Assembly (NCBI GenBank): GCA_964016885.1
Contig: OZ024740.1
Span: 87,792,001 to 87,856,000, forward strand
Origin: Eledone cirrhosa
Lineage: Eukaryota
Direction of reading: 5' to 3'
DNA: 64,000 nucleotides
Under the pieces are notes generated by a model. The model saw nothing but the letters and a program-made list of their open reading frames with translations, did not search any database and was not told the DNA's origin. A program made the position numbers and the translations under genes. This document shows, in pieces, positions 26,716 to 41,047 of this stretch (position 1 is the stretch's first letter; each line of letters starts with the position of its first letter).

Positions 26716-26824
26716 AATTGAGAATAAATCGGAGATATAAACCCTTGAGGCGGAAAAATGGATAATCGCTTCGATTATCCACTTTTTCCGCCTCAAGGGA
26801 TAAATCACCGATTTATTCTCAATT
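26716..26824. repeat. Imperfect palindrome (MITE-like)
   Basis: AATTGAGAATAAATCGG..CCCTTGAGGCGGAAAAA-TGGATAATCG / CGATTATCCACTTTTTCCGCCTCAAGGG..CCGATTTATTCTCAATT. Confidence 0.85.
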
Positions 26825-26918
26825 ATTTTATAGTAATTCATGCGTTGAGGTACTTTGTATCTTTGCATAACAAAACATACTTTGAAATTTCAATCATACT
26901 AAACGTTTCGTAGACGCT

Positions 26919-27005
<87 letters not shown>

Positions 27006-27107
27006 GAGGTTATATTTAATTTGTTGGGATACAACAAGCAAAATATTTTTATAACTGATATAAAGCACTCAACAAATTATTGCATTTTTAAAGGGTATGT
27101 CAATATT

Positions 27108-27215
27108 TATTTATAAAACTAACCTATATTATATTTTATCTGATGAAAGCGCACCATAGTTTGCTCTGGTGGCCCTTGAAATATGTATAATGAAATAAAT
27201 ATGGTTTTATAAATA
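27108..27215 (+). ncRNA. Minimal type I hammerhead ribozyme (family B, diverged) in pseudo-LTR 27010-27227
   Basis: AUUUUAU CUGAUGA AAG..CACCA uaguuugcuc UGGUG..CUU GAAA UAUGUA UA|AUGAAAU; stem II sequence differs from the 3635 copy but still pairs. Confidence 0.72.
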
Positions 27216-27226
27216 TAGTTTCCATT

Positions 27227-27493
27227 TGAGTATGTGTCTGTAAATTAAAGGTGGAAAACTGGGAGAGGGCACTTGCCCTGGTGGTCAGGGTCATTGTGGC
27301 TTTTTAATGGGCTTTCTCCACCAATGTCCCTCGGAAGTCTCCCCCCTATTGGGAAATTTTTTCATTGTTCTATTATTACATCCTCTGTTTCCTTTTTTTT
27401 ACACGCAGAAATGCCCATTTGTACCGCCCTGTATTGTCCTGTACTGTCGTTAATGTCTACTTTATGTAAACCCTTGTGGTTAATAAAGAAATC
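27227..27493 (+). mobile_element. 3' fragment of the Tx1-like LINE
   Basis: Matches the ORF2 end and 3' UTR at 52307-52585; ends AATAAAGAAATC followed by (ATT)n. Confidence 0.92.
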
Positions 27494-27524
27494 ATTATTA
27501 TTATTATTATTATTATTGTCATTA

Positions 27525-30500
27525 CTCTTTGAGTCTCAGTCATTGATGTTAGTTAACTGGAAAGTTTGTTGAGATGAATATCAAGCCACTACCTGCAGCC
27601 TCAGATATTCAGGACGTATCGGAGGGTTCTTGCTGTTCCCAGCAAGCATGCCTTTTGAAGCGTTCCAAAAAGCGTGAAGGGGCCAATTTTCTTTAACCAT
27701 CCCTGGAAACCTTTTGAGATAGTCCCTAGTGCGCCTATGACAATCGGGATCACTTTGACTTCATGGCAGTTCCAAATCCTTTTTACCTCCCACTTTAAGT
27801 CCTGGTATCGGTTAATTTTCTCCCTCTACTTCTCTTGCACTCTCGTGTCGAATGGGCAGGCCACATCCACAATCAGGAACGATCTTTTTTCTTTGTCCAA
27901 AACCACCAGGTCAGGTCTATTGTGTTCCAGTTTCTTGTCCGTCTGTATCCTAAAATCCCACAGCACCTTCACCTGATCGTTTTCTATCACCGCCTCTGGC
28001 TTATACTCATACCACTTCTCAGAATGTGGTAAATTGTTTACTTTGCATAGGTGCCAGTGGATCACCCTGCCCATCACATCATGTCTCCAGTCCTTATAGT
28101 GAGTCTGGGCTAGGTGTTTACACTCGGATACAATGTGAGCCACAGTCTCCTCTCTCTCCACAGATCCTGCACAGTGGGCTAGCCTCCTCCTTGTAAATGT
28201 GGTGTTTCAACCACTTCGTTTTGAGGGCCTGCTCCTGCGCAGCCATTAACATTCCTTCTGTAGCCTTTTTAAGGTCTCCTCTTTTCAACCAGTTCCATGT
28301 CTGTGGATCTCTAAATTCAGTTTTCTCAAAGAAGGTACTATGAAGGGATTTTTCCCGAAGGCTGCTCTTTCTCCTTGATGTTATTTCCTCCTTGGACATC
28401 CCCTGGCCTATTGTCCCCTCCTTCAGTACAGCTCTGAGCATTGGCTCCTTACTATCAGTCACGTATTTGTGTAGGTTGTTTTTCTCCATCTGAACACAGT
28501 CCTCTATGCTGATAAGACCTCTTCCACCCTCAGATCTCCTTAAGTAGAGTCTATCGACATCACTCCTCTTGTGGAACATATTGTAGATAGTCAATAGCTT
28601 CCTAGTCTTCCTATCCATTTCTTTTTGTTCAGCAACATTCCATCTCAGAATTCCCGCACTGTACCTAATAATAGACACAGCTCGGGAATTTACTGCACTT
28701 ATGGCATTCCTACTGTTCAGATGTGACTTTAATACGCTCCTTACTCTCCGAATGTATTCAGATCTTATCAATTCCTTCATTTTTTTGTTCTTGATGTCAT
28801 ATGCCTCCAGAACACCCAAATACTTGTATCCTTCTTCAGTGTCAATTTCCTTTATCATCTCACCTGTTGGTATCTGGATTCCGTTACTTCTGCTCAATTT
28901 ACCCCTCTTCATCACAAGGACTCCACACTTACTAATACCAAATTGCATACATATATCATTGCTGAAAATACGAACAGTGTCAACAAGCACATCCAACTCC
29001 TTCTCACTCTTCCCGAAGAGCTTAAGATCGTCCATGAAGAGGAGGTGATTGATGGTAAGCTCTCCCTTTCCCAACTTGTATCCTGCTCTCACTTTTCGCA
29101 GTATAATAGTCAGGGGCATCAGGGCAAGGACAAACAACAGAGGGGACAGACTATCTCCCTGGAAGATACCTCTCTTGATCTTCACGCCTCCCAAGGATTC
29201 TCCAGCTGATGTTAACTCTGTTTTCCAGGACTTCATACTTTTGCACAACAACTGTCTGATGTTATCTGCCACCTTGAAGCTCTCTAGGATTTTGGTGATC
29301 CAAGAATGAGGCACCATGTCAAATGCCTTTTTGTAGTCTATCCATCCCATGGCAAGACCAGTGTGTCTCCACTTGCAATTCCTCATTACCATCTTATCAA
29401 TAAGTAACTGGTCCATTGTACCACGGGACTTCTTTCGGTATTCTTTCTGTTCGTCCGGTAACAAGTTGTTTGTGTGGAGGTGATGGTAGATTTCCTCTGA
29501 CATAATGCTTGTCAACAGTTTCCACATTACGGACAGACATGTGATAGGTCTATAGTTGGTAACATCATTACCCTTGATTCGGTCTTTCATTACCAGAACT
29601 GTGGTACCTTTTGTCAACCACTCTGGTACCTCACCTGACATCAAGCAGTCATTGAACATGGTTGTCAGTTTCGGGTGGAGGGATGTTATATTTTTAATCC
29701 AATACCCCTGCACACCATCTGGGCCTGGTGATTTCCAGTTGTTTAGTTTTTTGGCCTGCCCCTTAAGAGTTTCAACTGTGATACTCAAATCAGTTTGTTG
29801 GTGTGCCTGTTCGCTAATCTCCTTTTGTACTGTCTCAATCCACACTGCCTGGTCATTATGTTTAACATCCTGCTCCCATATTCCTCTCCAGAATGTCTTA
29901 GTTTGTTCCGCCTCAGGGATCAAGTCGTTGCCTCTTTCTTTCCCTTCAAGCTGTCCAAACAGCATCTTCTGGTTGTTGTCAAACATGCGATTCTGTCTAT
30001 ACTGACTGACTCTGCTCTCGTATCGCCTAATTTTTGCACTCTTTGCTACAATGCGTTGCTTCAGTTCGTCTATGATAATATTTAGCTTTTTCCTCCTAGT
30101 TTTGTAGTTTATTTACAGTCTATTTTTAGTGTCTATGTTTTTTAGTGTCCCATTCAGTAGGGACTCAAGCTTTCCAATGTCATTTCTCATTTCCCTGATT
30201 TGACCATTCAGTCGTTTCTTCCACCAAGGTTCTGATCTTTCTTGTTTGTTGTTTCCTCTCGCTTTTATGCCAAGTAATTTCCTCACCGCATTTGCTGTTG
30301 CTTTGAGGATATTGTTGCACTGGTGAAGGCTCCTCGCCTCAAGGTATGGGATGAATTTGTTTACCTTAGCTGTTGTTTCTTTTAACTTTTTCCTGTCTAC
30401 AAATCTTAGGTTCATAGGTTTCCCACTATCATTGTTCAATTCATCTACCACTAAGTTTAGGATATCAACCAAATCTTGTCCTAGCCCGTCAGCATTCATC

Positions 30501-31025
30501 TCCTCAATGGCCGTATCTCTGTTCCAGGTATTATTTATTTCAGCATTCAGATCATTGTCTGCTTCGGATGGTTCCCCCGTTCTCTCAACCTCTTCACCTT
30601 CATTTCCCACTGGCTCGTTTGCCTGGCATACTCCACTCTCCATTTCCAACCTAATCTCTCTGCTCAGCTGCTCCAGTTCCAGATCGCTTATCCACCCATT
30701 AGTTCTTATTACCCGAGCCTGCCCGGCTAATTTTTGTTCATCTAATTTAAATAGACCAATCTCGTTCCAGATGTTATGCATCCGTTTCCTATAGCCTTTC
30801 TCCTTGGGGTTACTCTTCAGGTAACATTGCATAGCAGTTCTATTCAATTCTTTCGTTCAGTTGGTTCTGGTCCCTTTCCTACTTCTTCTTCCTCCGACAC
30901 CAGCAGTATTTGCTTGACAGCCAGGTCCCTGCTGCTGAGCCAGGGAGCACCTGCTGGGTGAGTCTGTCACATGACATTCCAGTCTCCACTTCACCGTTAT
31001 TGGAACTGTTTAGGTTCGAGATTTA
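27525..31025 (-). mobile_element. Dong/R4-like non-LTR retrotransposon (family A), frameshifted
   Basis: N-terminal GYRKRMHNIW..EQKLAGQARVI; [46 protein letters not shown]; CRIC..HIVSEC, RHD, RPDLVV..IVDVACP (RLE); 3' end in (TAA)n. Family call from motif recall. Confidence 0.9.
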
Positions 31026-31122
31026 AACACTCTTATCGAGGATTGGTGAATGTATGGTTACATAACCACCGGTGATTTCATCACCCCCGGTGATTTTAGT
31101 GTGGCACTATCACGCTGTAGAC

Positions 31123-33481
31123 CAAAGGTTCTCAACCCATTTCGGCCAAACGCCCCCTTTTTCCCTTCGAAATTACGAACCCCCCCCTTTTTTTTCCCAT
31201 TTTTCAATATACTACTGATTTTGATATCAGTAGATTACTAAAAAAATGATTAACGATATTCCAAAGATACCATTGCAGGCAGTTGAAAGTATAAATACAT
31301 TCCTTGAAAGGAAGTATATAAATTTCAAAAATAGGAACATAAATGTTCTTTTTTATGAATTAGGACCAGTTGAATTTGTTATATTCTCACCAGACGATAG
31401 CAGCTATTTTGAACATTTATACAAGAGCAACTCTGTCTATCCAAAGAGTGCTCTTATATGGAAGAAAGTGGCAATTGTATTATTTCAAAGCTTTCCAATT
31501 TTCCCTTTAATGAAACGGACAGAATATATGTTGATATCTAACTTGATGTCCCCTCCGCTTAGAGACCTCGTAAGAGGGTATATTCATTAGTAAACAGTAA
31601 AATATATATAACAAATGAGTAAGTGAATTGTGGTAGATGGTTTCCAGTCCAGTCAGACTGCAACTACAAATAAAAAATCGACTTACTTTGACCTCGTATC
31701 AATGGGACTCTTGAGCTTCATGGAGTTTAGCTAACTCTTTGACGTCAGGATGGATTTTCGTGAGCTGTAACCGGAGATCTCCACGTGCAATCACATTGTA
31801 GCGGTTGCGAGCCTTACTATGCAGTCTGGAAACAACGCCAAACCCCCTCTCGACTAAGTATGAGCTAGGAAAAGGCAAAGCAAATCTCTTAGCCTCTGCA
31901 TGTAGGAGTGGAAATCGACGCTGAATTTCCTCTTGCATCCAAAGAAGGGGTTCACCTATTTTGGAAAATTTCATTTTGATAATGTCATCTGTCTGAAGTT
32001 CAATTAATTCTTCCTGAAATTTAACGTCGAAATCGTCGACGTTGGCTATGAAGGGATCTGCTATCCACATTGGGATGTCCATCTGCAAAAGGTCGACAAA
32101 CCGTTCTCTCATGTTGTCTTGTAGTGCACGGAGGTGCGCGGTATAAATTTGCAGTTGATCATCGCTTACAATGTTTTGAACATTGGCGACACTAGGAACA
32201 TTATAGAATTCCCGTCGACAAAGATTCCTTTCGATGACTTTCAATTTGGCCAGGAATATTTTCACAGCATTCCTTGCTTTAAACAAGGTGATCTTCTCCC
32301 CCTGCAAAGCCATAATGAGACTATTGCATTTGTCAAAGATGTCGGCGAGGTAGGCACAGTCTTTCCTCACATCGAGGTTTTTTTTATATAGTTCTGTGTT
32401 GCGTCCTCGAAGAAACTCAATGATAGAGTCGAACAGTTTAAAGAAGCGAGTAAGGCACTTGCCCTCTGAAAGCCACCTCACTTCAGTATGAAGGAGCAAC
32501 TCGACGAATTCTTCGTCATTATCTTCGCACAGTTGCCGGAAAATTCGTTCATTGAGGGCATGGCGTTTGATATAATTGATGACATCAATGGCTACCTGCA
32601 AAGACTTGCTCAGCGGCTCGCTGAGTTTCTTCGCAGCCAAGTGTTGTCGATGAATGACACAATGAACAGCAAATACAGATGGATTTTCCCTCTTCAGAAG
32701 AGAGACGAAACCCTTATGTTGGCCGACCATTGCTCTTGCGCCGTCCGTAGCACATGATACAATATTGTTAAGAGGTATCTCTTTTTCTTCGAGGTATCCC
32801 TTGACAGATTCAAAGATCGTGGCACCTTTAGTATCTGTGGCTAGATTCAGAGTGAAGAGAAGCTCCTCGTGCATTTCGTTTTGGTGGAAAAATCGCACGT
32901 ATCCCAATAGTAAGGACTGATTCCCGGAAAGTGTGCTTTCATCAAGTTGAAAAGCAAATTGTGTCGATTTCAAGATGTTGCATAATTGTTGTTCAACATT
33001 TTCCGCCATTTCGTCGATGCGTCTCCTTATTGAGTCGTTACTCAACGGAATACATTTCAAGGTCTTTAACGGGTTCTGACGTAGTACTGTTGAAAGAACT
33101 TCTGAGATGACAGGGGCTACCAATGTTTCACCCAAGGAATGGAGCTTGCCACACTTTGCGATTATGTTAGCAATATTGTAAGATGCGACAAGTCCATCAA
33201 CATTTGAAGCTTCAACTTTTGAAAAGGCAGAAGACATTAGTGTTGTTTTCTGGAATTGTTCCCTAAGAGACTGAAAGTATGCTAAATCTTTACATCTCTT
33301 ATCGGGGTGCCTCACCTCCAGGTGTCTACTCAAACGTGATGGCCTCATCGCCTCATTCGAAAAGGACTCCCTGCAAATTAAACACATGGGTAACAGGTGG
33401 TTCGACGGCGATGGGATGAATCCGAACCGTAAGTAATCAAACGCTGTGCTGCCTGCATTTTTTCTTCATTGCTGAGGCCAT
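31123..33481 (-). mobile_element. hAT (Charlie/Buster-type) DNA transposon; transposase 31699-33481 with an N-terminal frameshift
   Basis: BED finger CLIC..MRPSRLSRHLEVRH, FQLDEST, CATDGA, HCVIHRQHL, TEVRWLS, FPSSYLVERGF; TIR-like CAAAGGTTCTCAACC at 31123 preceded by CTGTAGAC (central TA). Confidence 0.9.
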
Positions 33482-34220
33482 TTTCTGTTTAGCGAATGTG
33501 TTTGGTAAAGTTACGCAAAGATTTGCCTATATAAGCCTATAAAATTATGTATAAGGAACTTATTATAATGAGTCCTGTTCCAGTATGATAAAGTTTCAAG
33601 TAATGTTCTGGAATAACACTTTGTAATAAACAAAACTGCAATGAAAAAGACAAATACTGTCATTAATTAACCAAGTCGAGACAAGTTATATATGAAGATT
33701 AACCAGTCTTTCAAGTAGGAATAGTAATAACTTAGCTTGAGGGAATTAAGGTGGCAGACTCAATAAAGGATCAACAAGGCAACGAGTTCAAGAGAACTTA
33801 ATGCAAGAATGACTAGTAATGTGCTATTTTGAAATGGAATTCATCAATTAAGCACGTAGTGATAAGACGCGATAATACTAAGTTAAGACATTACTTATTA
33901 GTCAGAGTTACTCAAATTATCGCCCTTAACTTAATGCATCACTGTGATATTCTTGTAATGGTGCTGCAATTATAATGGATGACTGTTGAAGACTACAAAA
34001 GCATTTCCTTAAATCCAAGGCTATAACAAGACTTGATCGTAGTATAAACAGTCAGTTTATATAGGAATAGCAACAACCTAGTTATAGAATAAATGATGTG
34101 GAAATGCAATGAAGATAAGATGAAGGTCAAGCAAACCGAATGTTAGTAAGAATGAGCTGAAGTATCGAGGTCAAGCCGATCACGGTGATGAACGGGTCAG
34201 TGAATAATGTTGCTCTTTTC

Positions 34221-35466
34221 CAGGGGCCTCATTTGCCTTAAAAATGTGAGGGGGACAAACCAACATTTGTTGGAGCATTTTAGTATTACTTATGTTGTCT
34301 TTCCTGAACCCTATCACATAAGTAAAGCTTTCTTTACGCTAATTAAATTTTACATATTCAAATGAAGTTCAGATATAAAAAAAAAATAAGCTTAAAAAGT
34401 ATTTATTATATCAAATAAACAAAAAATAAAACATAGACGTTTGAATAAAAATCATATAAAGTAAATTTATTGTCTTTTAGAACTTTCCAAATGTATCATA
34501 TCTCGTATCATTGCTGTCAATAAATAATTTAGCAACTTCTTCACAACTAATCTTTTTCAAAACATCTTTATGAACGTCTCATATTAGAATATGATTCAAC
34601 CTTTGCTAAGTCATGGTCGATCGCAACCAAGTTTTGAGTCTCTGCAGAGCGCTAAAAGATCTTTCAGCTTCACGAGAACTGGTTGGAAACATTAAAAGTA
34701 GCCTGAACAATCGCACATCATTTAGAAACATGCGACGGACTTCTGGTTGCATTTCACCGAATATTTTACGATGATCCTCGAGAGATGATCCACTATGATG
34801 GTTTCTATAAAAAAGTATTTCGTTCCTTAAAGAAAATTCATCAAGCTCTGGATACGGTATGATCACTTCAGCACAAACATTTCCATTCCTGGTATCTTTT
34901 AGGAACTTTTCATTGCCAGGAGAAATATCGAGTTGATAAATCATTTTTTCTGCTGTATTGAACAGCTCCTGGTATTTTGCGTAGATTATTTTAGCTCCCC
35001 CTGCACCAGTTTGACACTATGCAACATACTACCTAGATTGAAGGTGGTACTTTGAAAATATTTGTTCAATCCTTCAAGGAATTGAAGTAATGGAACTACA
35101 ACGTGCAATCCAAGGACACATTGGCCCGGAGAGTGACACGTAAGAATAACATTAGCTCTGGATGCAATGTTGGTGCCAAACTCATTTGTTGCCTCTTGTA
35201 AAGAAATAGGGACATCTGAATAATTGTCAAGAAGGGCTTTGACTGCATCGAGTAGGGCACACATGTGTTAAGGAGCGTGGTGACGATACTTCATTTTCTT
35301 CATCATGTTGTGATAAATACGCTTGCTTAAATTTTCCTGATGTACTATATAGTTTCCGCAATTCATTCACGCAAACTAGAACATTTTTGATAAGTGAAGC
35401 TTGTTGTACAGACTTAGTTATAATAAGTTGAGAAATATGAATGCCGCAGTGCACGTAATGGGCCAA
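34221..35466 (-). pseudogene. Second, degenerate hAT transposase (ZMYM1/Tip100-like) with a TIR-like end at 34221
   Basis: YVHCGIH, LTHVCPTR, LLLMFPTSSREAERSFSALQRLKTWLRSTMT; multiple frameshifts; CAGGGGCC at 34221. Confidence 0.8.
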
Positions 35467-35941
35467 ATCAAGTTATGTTAGAATGATCTTTAAAAAATAC
35501 CCGTACGAATTAAATACAAAAAAAGTTTCAATCCAAAACAAAAGCAAACTATTTCAAATTATATATTTTTGAAAAATAGACGTAAATGTTCTCAAAGACT
35601 TGATTTCAGTCGAAAAAGCTTTCTTTTTAAAATTATATATTTCACTGTTAGCGGTTGTAATATTTTGATTGGATAAACAATTCTACAATTCAAACTGTAA
35701 AGTCAAAATACAAAAGATATAAAATATGAAGAATTTCTTACCTTTCTCTGAAATCACAAACTCAGGGGAAAAATAGTACCTTGCAAAATAAAATACCTCG
35801 TAGCAAAATAAAATACTTAGCAACGATTGATGCTTGGGGACAGTGAGAAAGTAGTATTTGTATCCCTTATATATATATATACATAGATAGATACACAGAC
35901 ACACACAAACACACATAGACACGCACGCACGCACACACGCG

Positions 35942-36045
<104 letters not shown>

Positions 36046-36192
36046 GTTTGTGCGTGTCTATGTGTGTCTTTGTATCTATCTATGTATATATATATTGGTT
36101 TGGGTACAGAAAGAATTTTGTCTACAGTTTTTTATTGCCAGGTCAAAGGCCACTGCTCTTTTCAACAACACCAAATAACAACGCTCCACACG

Positions 36193-36224
<32 letters not shown>

Positions 36225-36304
36225 AATGAAGAGAGAAAGAGGGAGGGACAGAGAGAGTAAGAAATGTGTGTGTGTTTGGTACACATCTATCTATCTATCT
36301 CCAA

Positions 36305-36423
36305 CAGGGGAGCTCACACATGCGGCCCGCGAACTACTTATCTGTGGCCCGTGTTAGAACCAATATTTCATATCACATTATAACTGGTGAAAATTTTCAC
36401 CCACCACCACGTTTGGCCCCCTG
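36305..36423. mobile_element. Possible Charlie-type MITE
   Basis: Begins CAGGGGAGCTCACACATGCGGCCCGCG and ends GTTTGGCCCCCTG; no TSD confirmed. Confidence 0.45.
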
Positions 36424-36504
36424 TGCCTCTCCTCCAGGACATAATAGCCCTTTTCTGTCCTTGAGTTTGATATCCCCCTTCTACACACACACATACGGAC
36501 ATAT

Positions 36505-36874
<370 letters not shown>

Positions 36875-37237
36875 TTACACACACACACACACACATATAT
36901 ATATAACCTTACACACTTAAATATAAATGCATGTATATATACAAATGTATAAATGCATAGCTATATACATACGTAAATGTATGTATGTATATATGTATGT
37001 AGATTTATATATATGTACGTATGTAGATTTATATATATGTATGTAGATTTATATATATATGTATGTATGTATACTTATATATATATATGTATGTATGGAT
37101 ATTTATATATATATGTATGTATGTATATTAATATATATGTATGTATATTTATATATATATGTATGTATGTATATTTATATATATATGTATGTATATTTAT
37201 ATATATATATATGTAGATTTATATATATATATATATG

Positions 37238-37322
<85 letters not shown>

Positions 37323-37325
37323 ATT

Positions 37326-37356
<31 letters not shown>

Positions 37357-37395
37357 ATTTTTATATATATATATATGTATGTAGAGATATATATG

Positions 37396-37460
<65 letters not shown>

Positions 37461-37493
37461 ACTGTGGTTACCTCCGATTCAACCCGGAATAAC

Positions 37494-37567
<74 letters not shown>

Positions 37568-37572
<5 letters not shown>

Positions 37573-38706
37573 ATAAACGTGCTGCGGAGTTGCAAATGGG
37601 TTACATATGAATAAAGTGGTCCTTCATCAGTGATCTTCCAACCATCATCGGTAATTCTTCGCTTTAAAGACCATATACCTCCGGTTGGTGCGAGCAACGG
37701 CTAAAGAAAGTCGTTGGGACATGTAAATAAAGGGAACAGCGAGAGTGTAAACAAACAAAGATGGTGAAGCAACGAAAAGTGAAGAAGAACGAGTCAAGTC
37801 CCAAATTTCCATGAATATAAGTTCGGTGAAATCGTGAACGAGAGAGAATAAAGACCATCAAACCTGGTTGAAATGTGAGAAAGGAAGGAATTTCACACAG
37901 GTCTAACGGGAGGAAGAAGGGGTCTAGTCCGTGAATTCGGTAAACATAAGTTCTATGAAATCGTAGACGAGAGAGAGAAAAAATGCCAACCGGCCTGGCG
38001 AAGCGGGCGAAGAAAAGAATTACGCACAGGTCAAACGGGAAGAAGGAGGAGGAGGAGGAGGAGAGGTAGTAACAGAGAGTGAGTGAGTGAAGGGTGAGGA
38101 AGAGGCTAACAGAGAGAGTGACTGTTAGAGAGGGTAAAGATACAGAGAAAGAGGAAGCAGTAAGAACGAAAAAGACGGGTCACAGCGGAGGAAAAAAATA
38201 TGTGTAAATATGAGAATAAACGTGCTGCGGAGTTGCAAATGGGTTACATATGAATAAAGAGGTCCTTCATCGGTATTTCAAATGGGTTACATATGAATAA
38301 AGTGGTCCAACCATCATCAGTATTTCTCGCACCAACCGGAGGTATATGGTCTTTAAAGCGAAGAAAATACCGATGATGGTTGGAAGATCACTGATGAAGG
38401 ACCACTTTATTCATATGTAACCCATTTGCAACTCCGCAGCACGTTTATTCTCATATTTACACATATTTTTTTCCCCCGCTGTGACCCGTCTATTTCGTTC
38501 TTACTGCTTCCTCTTTCTCTGTATCTTTACCCTCTCTAACAGTCACTCTCTCTGTTAGCCTCTTCCTCACCCTTCACTCACTCACTCTCTGTTACTACCT
38601 CTCCTCCTCCTCCTCCTCCTTCTTCCCGTTTGACCTGTGCGTAATTCTTTTCTTTCGCACGCTTGGCCAGGCCGGTTGGCATTTTTTCTCTCTCTCGTCT
38701 ACGATT
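37568..38706. repeat. PLE pseudo-LTR-like unit (about 640 bp) plus inverted copy
   Basis: 37568-38280 is homologous to 7912-8942 and the unit restarts at 38210; 38326-38706 is in the opposite orientation. Confidence 0.88.
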
Positions 38707-40374
38707 TCACAGAGAAACCTTTTTCCAAGAGATGTTATATTTAATATTTTTGTCTTTCAAGGACCATATGAGTTCTGAGAGAGCCGTGTTGGTTCTTTTA
38801 AGTTTATATTTAAAAGACGAATGATGATTATAAAGACGAGCTTTTAAGGAGGTGGAAGTGGAGCCAAAATAGGTGAAGGAATTGGTGTCAGTTATAACTT
38901 TACATTCGAAAATTAAGTTTTTATCAAGACAATGGTTGTTGAGAGGACATTTATTTTTAGCAGGGCAATTGCAATTGCGATTAGAGAGATTATTAACGAG
39001 TGACCTAGTGTTATCTATAGAAGGAATTGGATTGGAGAAGTTATTTGCGATAGGAATAATAGTTTCTTGATTTAGAATGGGATTAAGAACATTTAGCGAA
39101 GTTGTGTTTGACGTTGTATTTGGGTTTGCAGAAATTAGCCTAGGGTTTACAATGACGTCGGGAGTACTATTACTATTATTATGATATTCAGTGTTGGAAG
39201 GAAGAGATTTAGTATTTAGTATTTTATTGTTATGTTTAGAGATAATGTTGGAAATGTTGGAGGATGTCGAATAGGAAAATTTTATAGTGTGTTTGTTAAA
39301 TATTTTACTATAGATATGTGAGGGAGGGAAGCATTTATTTAAGGCACTAAAGAATAATTTAGGAATATTATTATTAATAGAGATGGAGAAAGGAGCATTA
39401 TACCAGATTATGTTTTTGTATCTAGGTCTTTTATTACAGTTATTGGAATGATCATGATTAATTATTCTACTGTAAGATCTTCTAGAATTTGTTTCTTTAT
39501 TATATTTGATTTTATCAGGATAGCCGACTTTAGAAAGCGCGTTATTATAGTAATTGGCGTTAGCATCGAAGATGTTTTTATTAGAAGATAGGTTAGATAT
39601 TCTTTTTCCAATATTACTAACTATAGTATTCATAATATTAGTAGGGTGGTTAGATTTAAAATTAACATAATTTAGGTTCTCATTGTTTTTATGGTAAGGG
39701 TAATATAGGCCAGTGTCAAGATTAAGAGATACATCCAAGAAATTAGCTAGTTGGATGCTGTTATCAAATTCAATTTTTAGGTTATGTTGGTTAAAGAGAT
39801 TACGTATATTGTTCTTAATAATATTAAGGTTAACTATGTTGCAATTTAAGATAGTAAAGAGTCCATCGTCACGATAAATTCCACCGCGAAGTTGAGGAAT
39901 TTTCCGACTCAAAGAGTTCAAAATAAAGATACCAATTAAATCAGTCAATTGGGATGAATCGGATGCTCCCATTGTGATGTCGAAGTTGTTAGAAGTATCA
40001 GCTCTGGTCCAATATTCATTGTTGAACTCAAGGATGGTTTTACGTGCGGTGAGAATGATGTGAAGTTCATCTGTGGTGATGTCAGATTATTTAAATGCGA
40101 AAGATAGAGCATTGTTGAGAAGTGAAGGCGAAATAGAAGAATAGTAGCTGGCAATATCAAATTGAACAAATTTTAGTTTGTTTTTATTATTCAATTTGTT
40201 GAACCAGTCAATCACTTCAGAAGTACCAAACCATAAATTTAAGTTCAAAGAAGAGCAATTAGAACGAACCTGTGGGATAATTCTATCCAAGATGGCTTTA
40301 CTAACAACCCCCAGATCTGATTTAGAGGGGGCGATTAATCTAACAGGTAGTTCAGTGCGAAAACTGTTTTTGTG

Positions 40375-40378
<4 letters not shown>
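38707..40378 (-). pseudogene. Penelope-like (Naiad-like) RT + partial GIY-YIG with one in-frame TAA
   Basis: PVRLIAPSKSDLG, FVQFDIASYYSSI, stop at 40087-40089, FDITMGASD, GIYRDDGL, NFLDVSLNL, NIIWYNAPFS, CNC..CPL..CL, YFGST; truncated by the inverted repeat. Confidence 0.92.
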
Positions 40379-40422
<44 letters not shown>

Positions 40423-40970
40423 CATACATATATACATACATACATACATTTGATATGATCTGTCTTTTTTGTTTGGTAAGGAGAACATTTTTGTCGCCAG
40501 ATTTTATTACCTAGGGAGATAAATACCACACTTCTGGCTGAAAGCTGACCAGGTTCTCAACCTCATCAAACACTAATGCCGACCTGTGTGTGTATATATA
40601 TGTGTGTGTGTATGTATGTGTATATATGTGTGTGTGTGTATGTTCACCACCATTGCTTCTTCTTGTCATTTCTGTTGAAGGAGTCCTTACTTTCATTCTC
40701 TTTGATTTCTTTTGATTTTCTTTTATCTCCCTAGGGAATTCGTTGACAAGCTTCTTTTATTTATTTTCTTCGTTTTCTTCATTCAAATCACTGACTGTCT
40801 AAGAGACGTACAAATATGACTTATCAAACTTACCAAACTAAAGGGGCTTCTAGCGCCCTCAAATTTTCAAACGCCCCCTTACTGCATAACAACGCCTCCC
40901 TACGCCACCTCACAGCATAACGCCCCCCCCTGGAGCAACGAAACGCCCACCGGGGTGGGGGGTGGGGATT

Positions 40971-41047
40971 AAGGCATCAAAAGATATAAATAGACTGATT
41001 TTTTGACCGGGTCATCAAATCAGTCTATTTATATCTTTTGATGCCTT
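40971..41047. repeat. Fold-back hairpin at the left end of an unknown repeat
   Basis: AAGGCATCAAAAGATATAAATAGACTGATTT / AAATCAGTCTATTTATATCTTTTGATGCCTT. Confidence 0.9.

Noticed and set aside
40087-40089. In-frame stop in a Naiad-like PLE as possible selenocysteine
   Set aside because: The codon is TAA, not TGA, and is not at a Cys motif; simple nonsense mutation.
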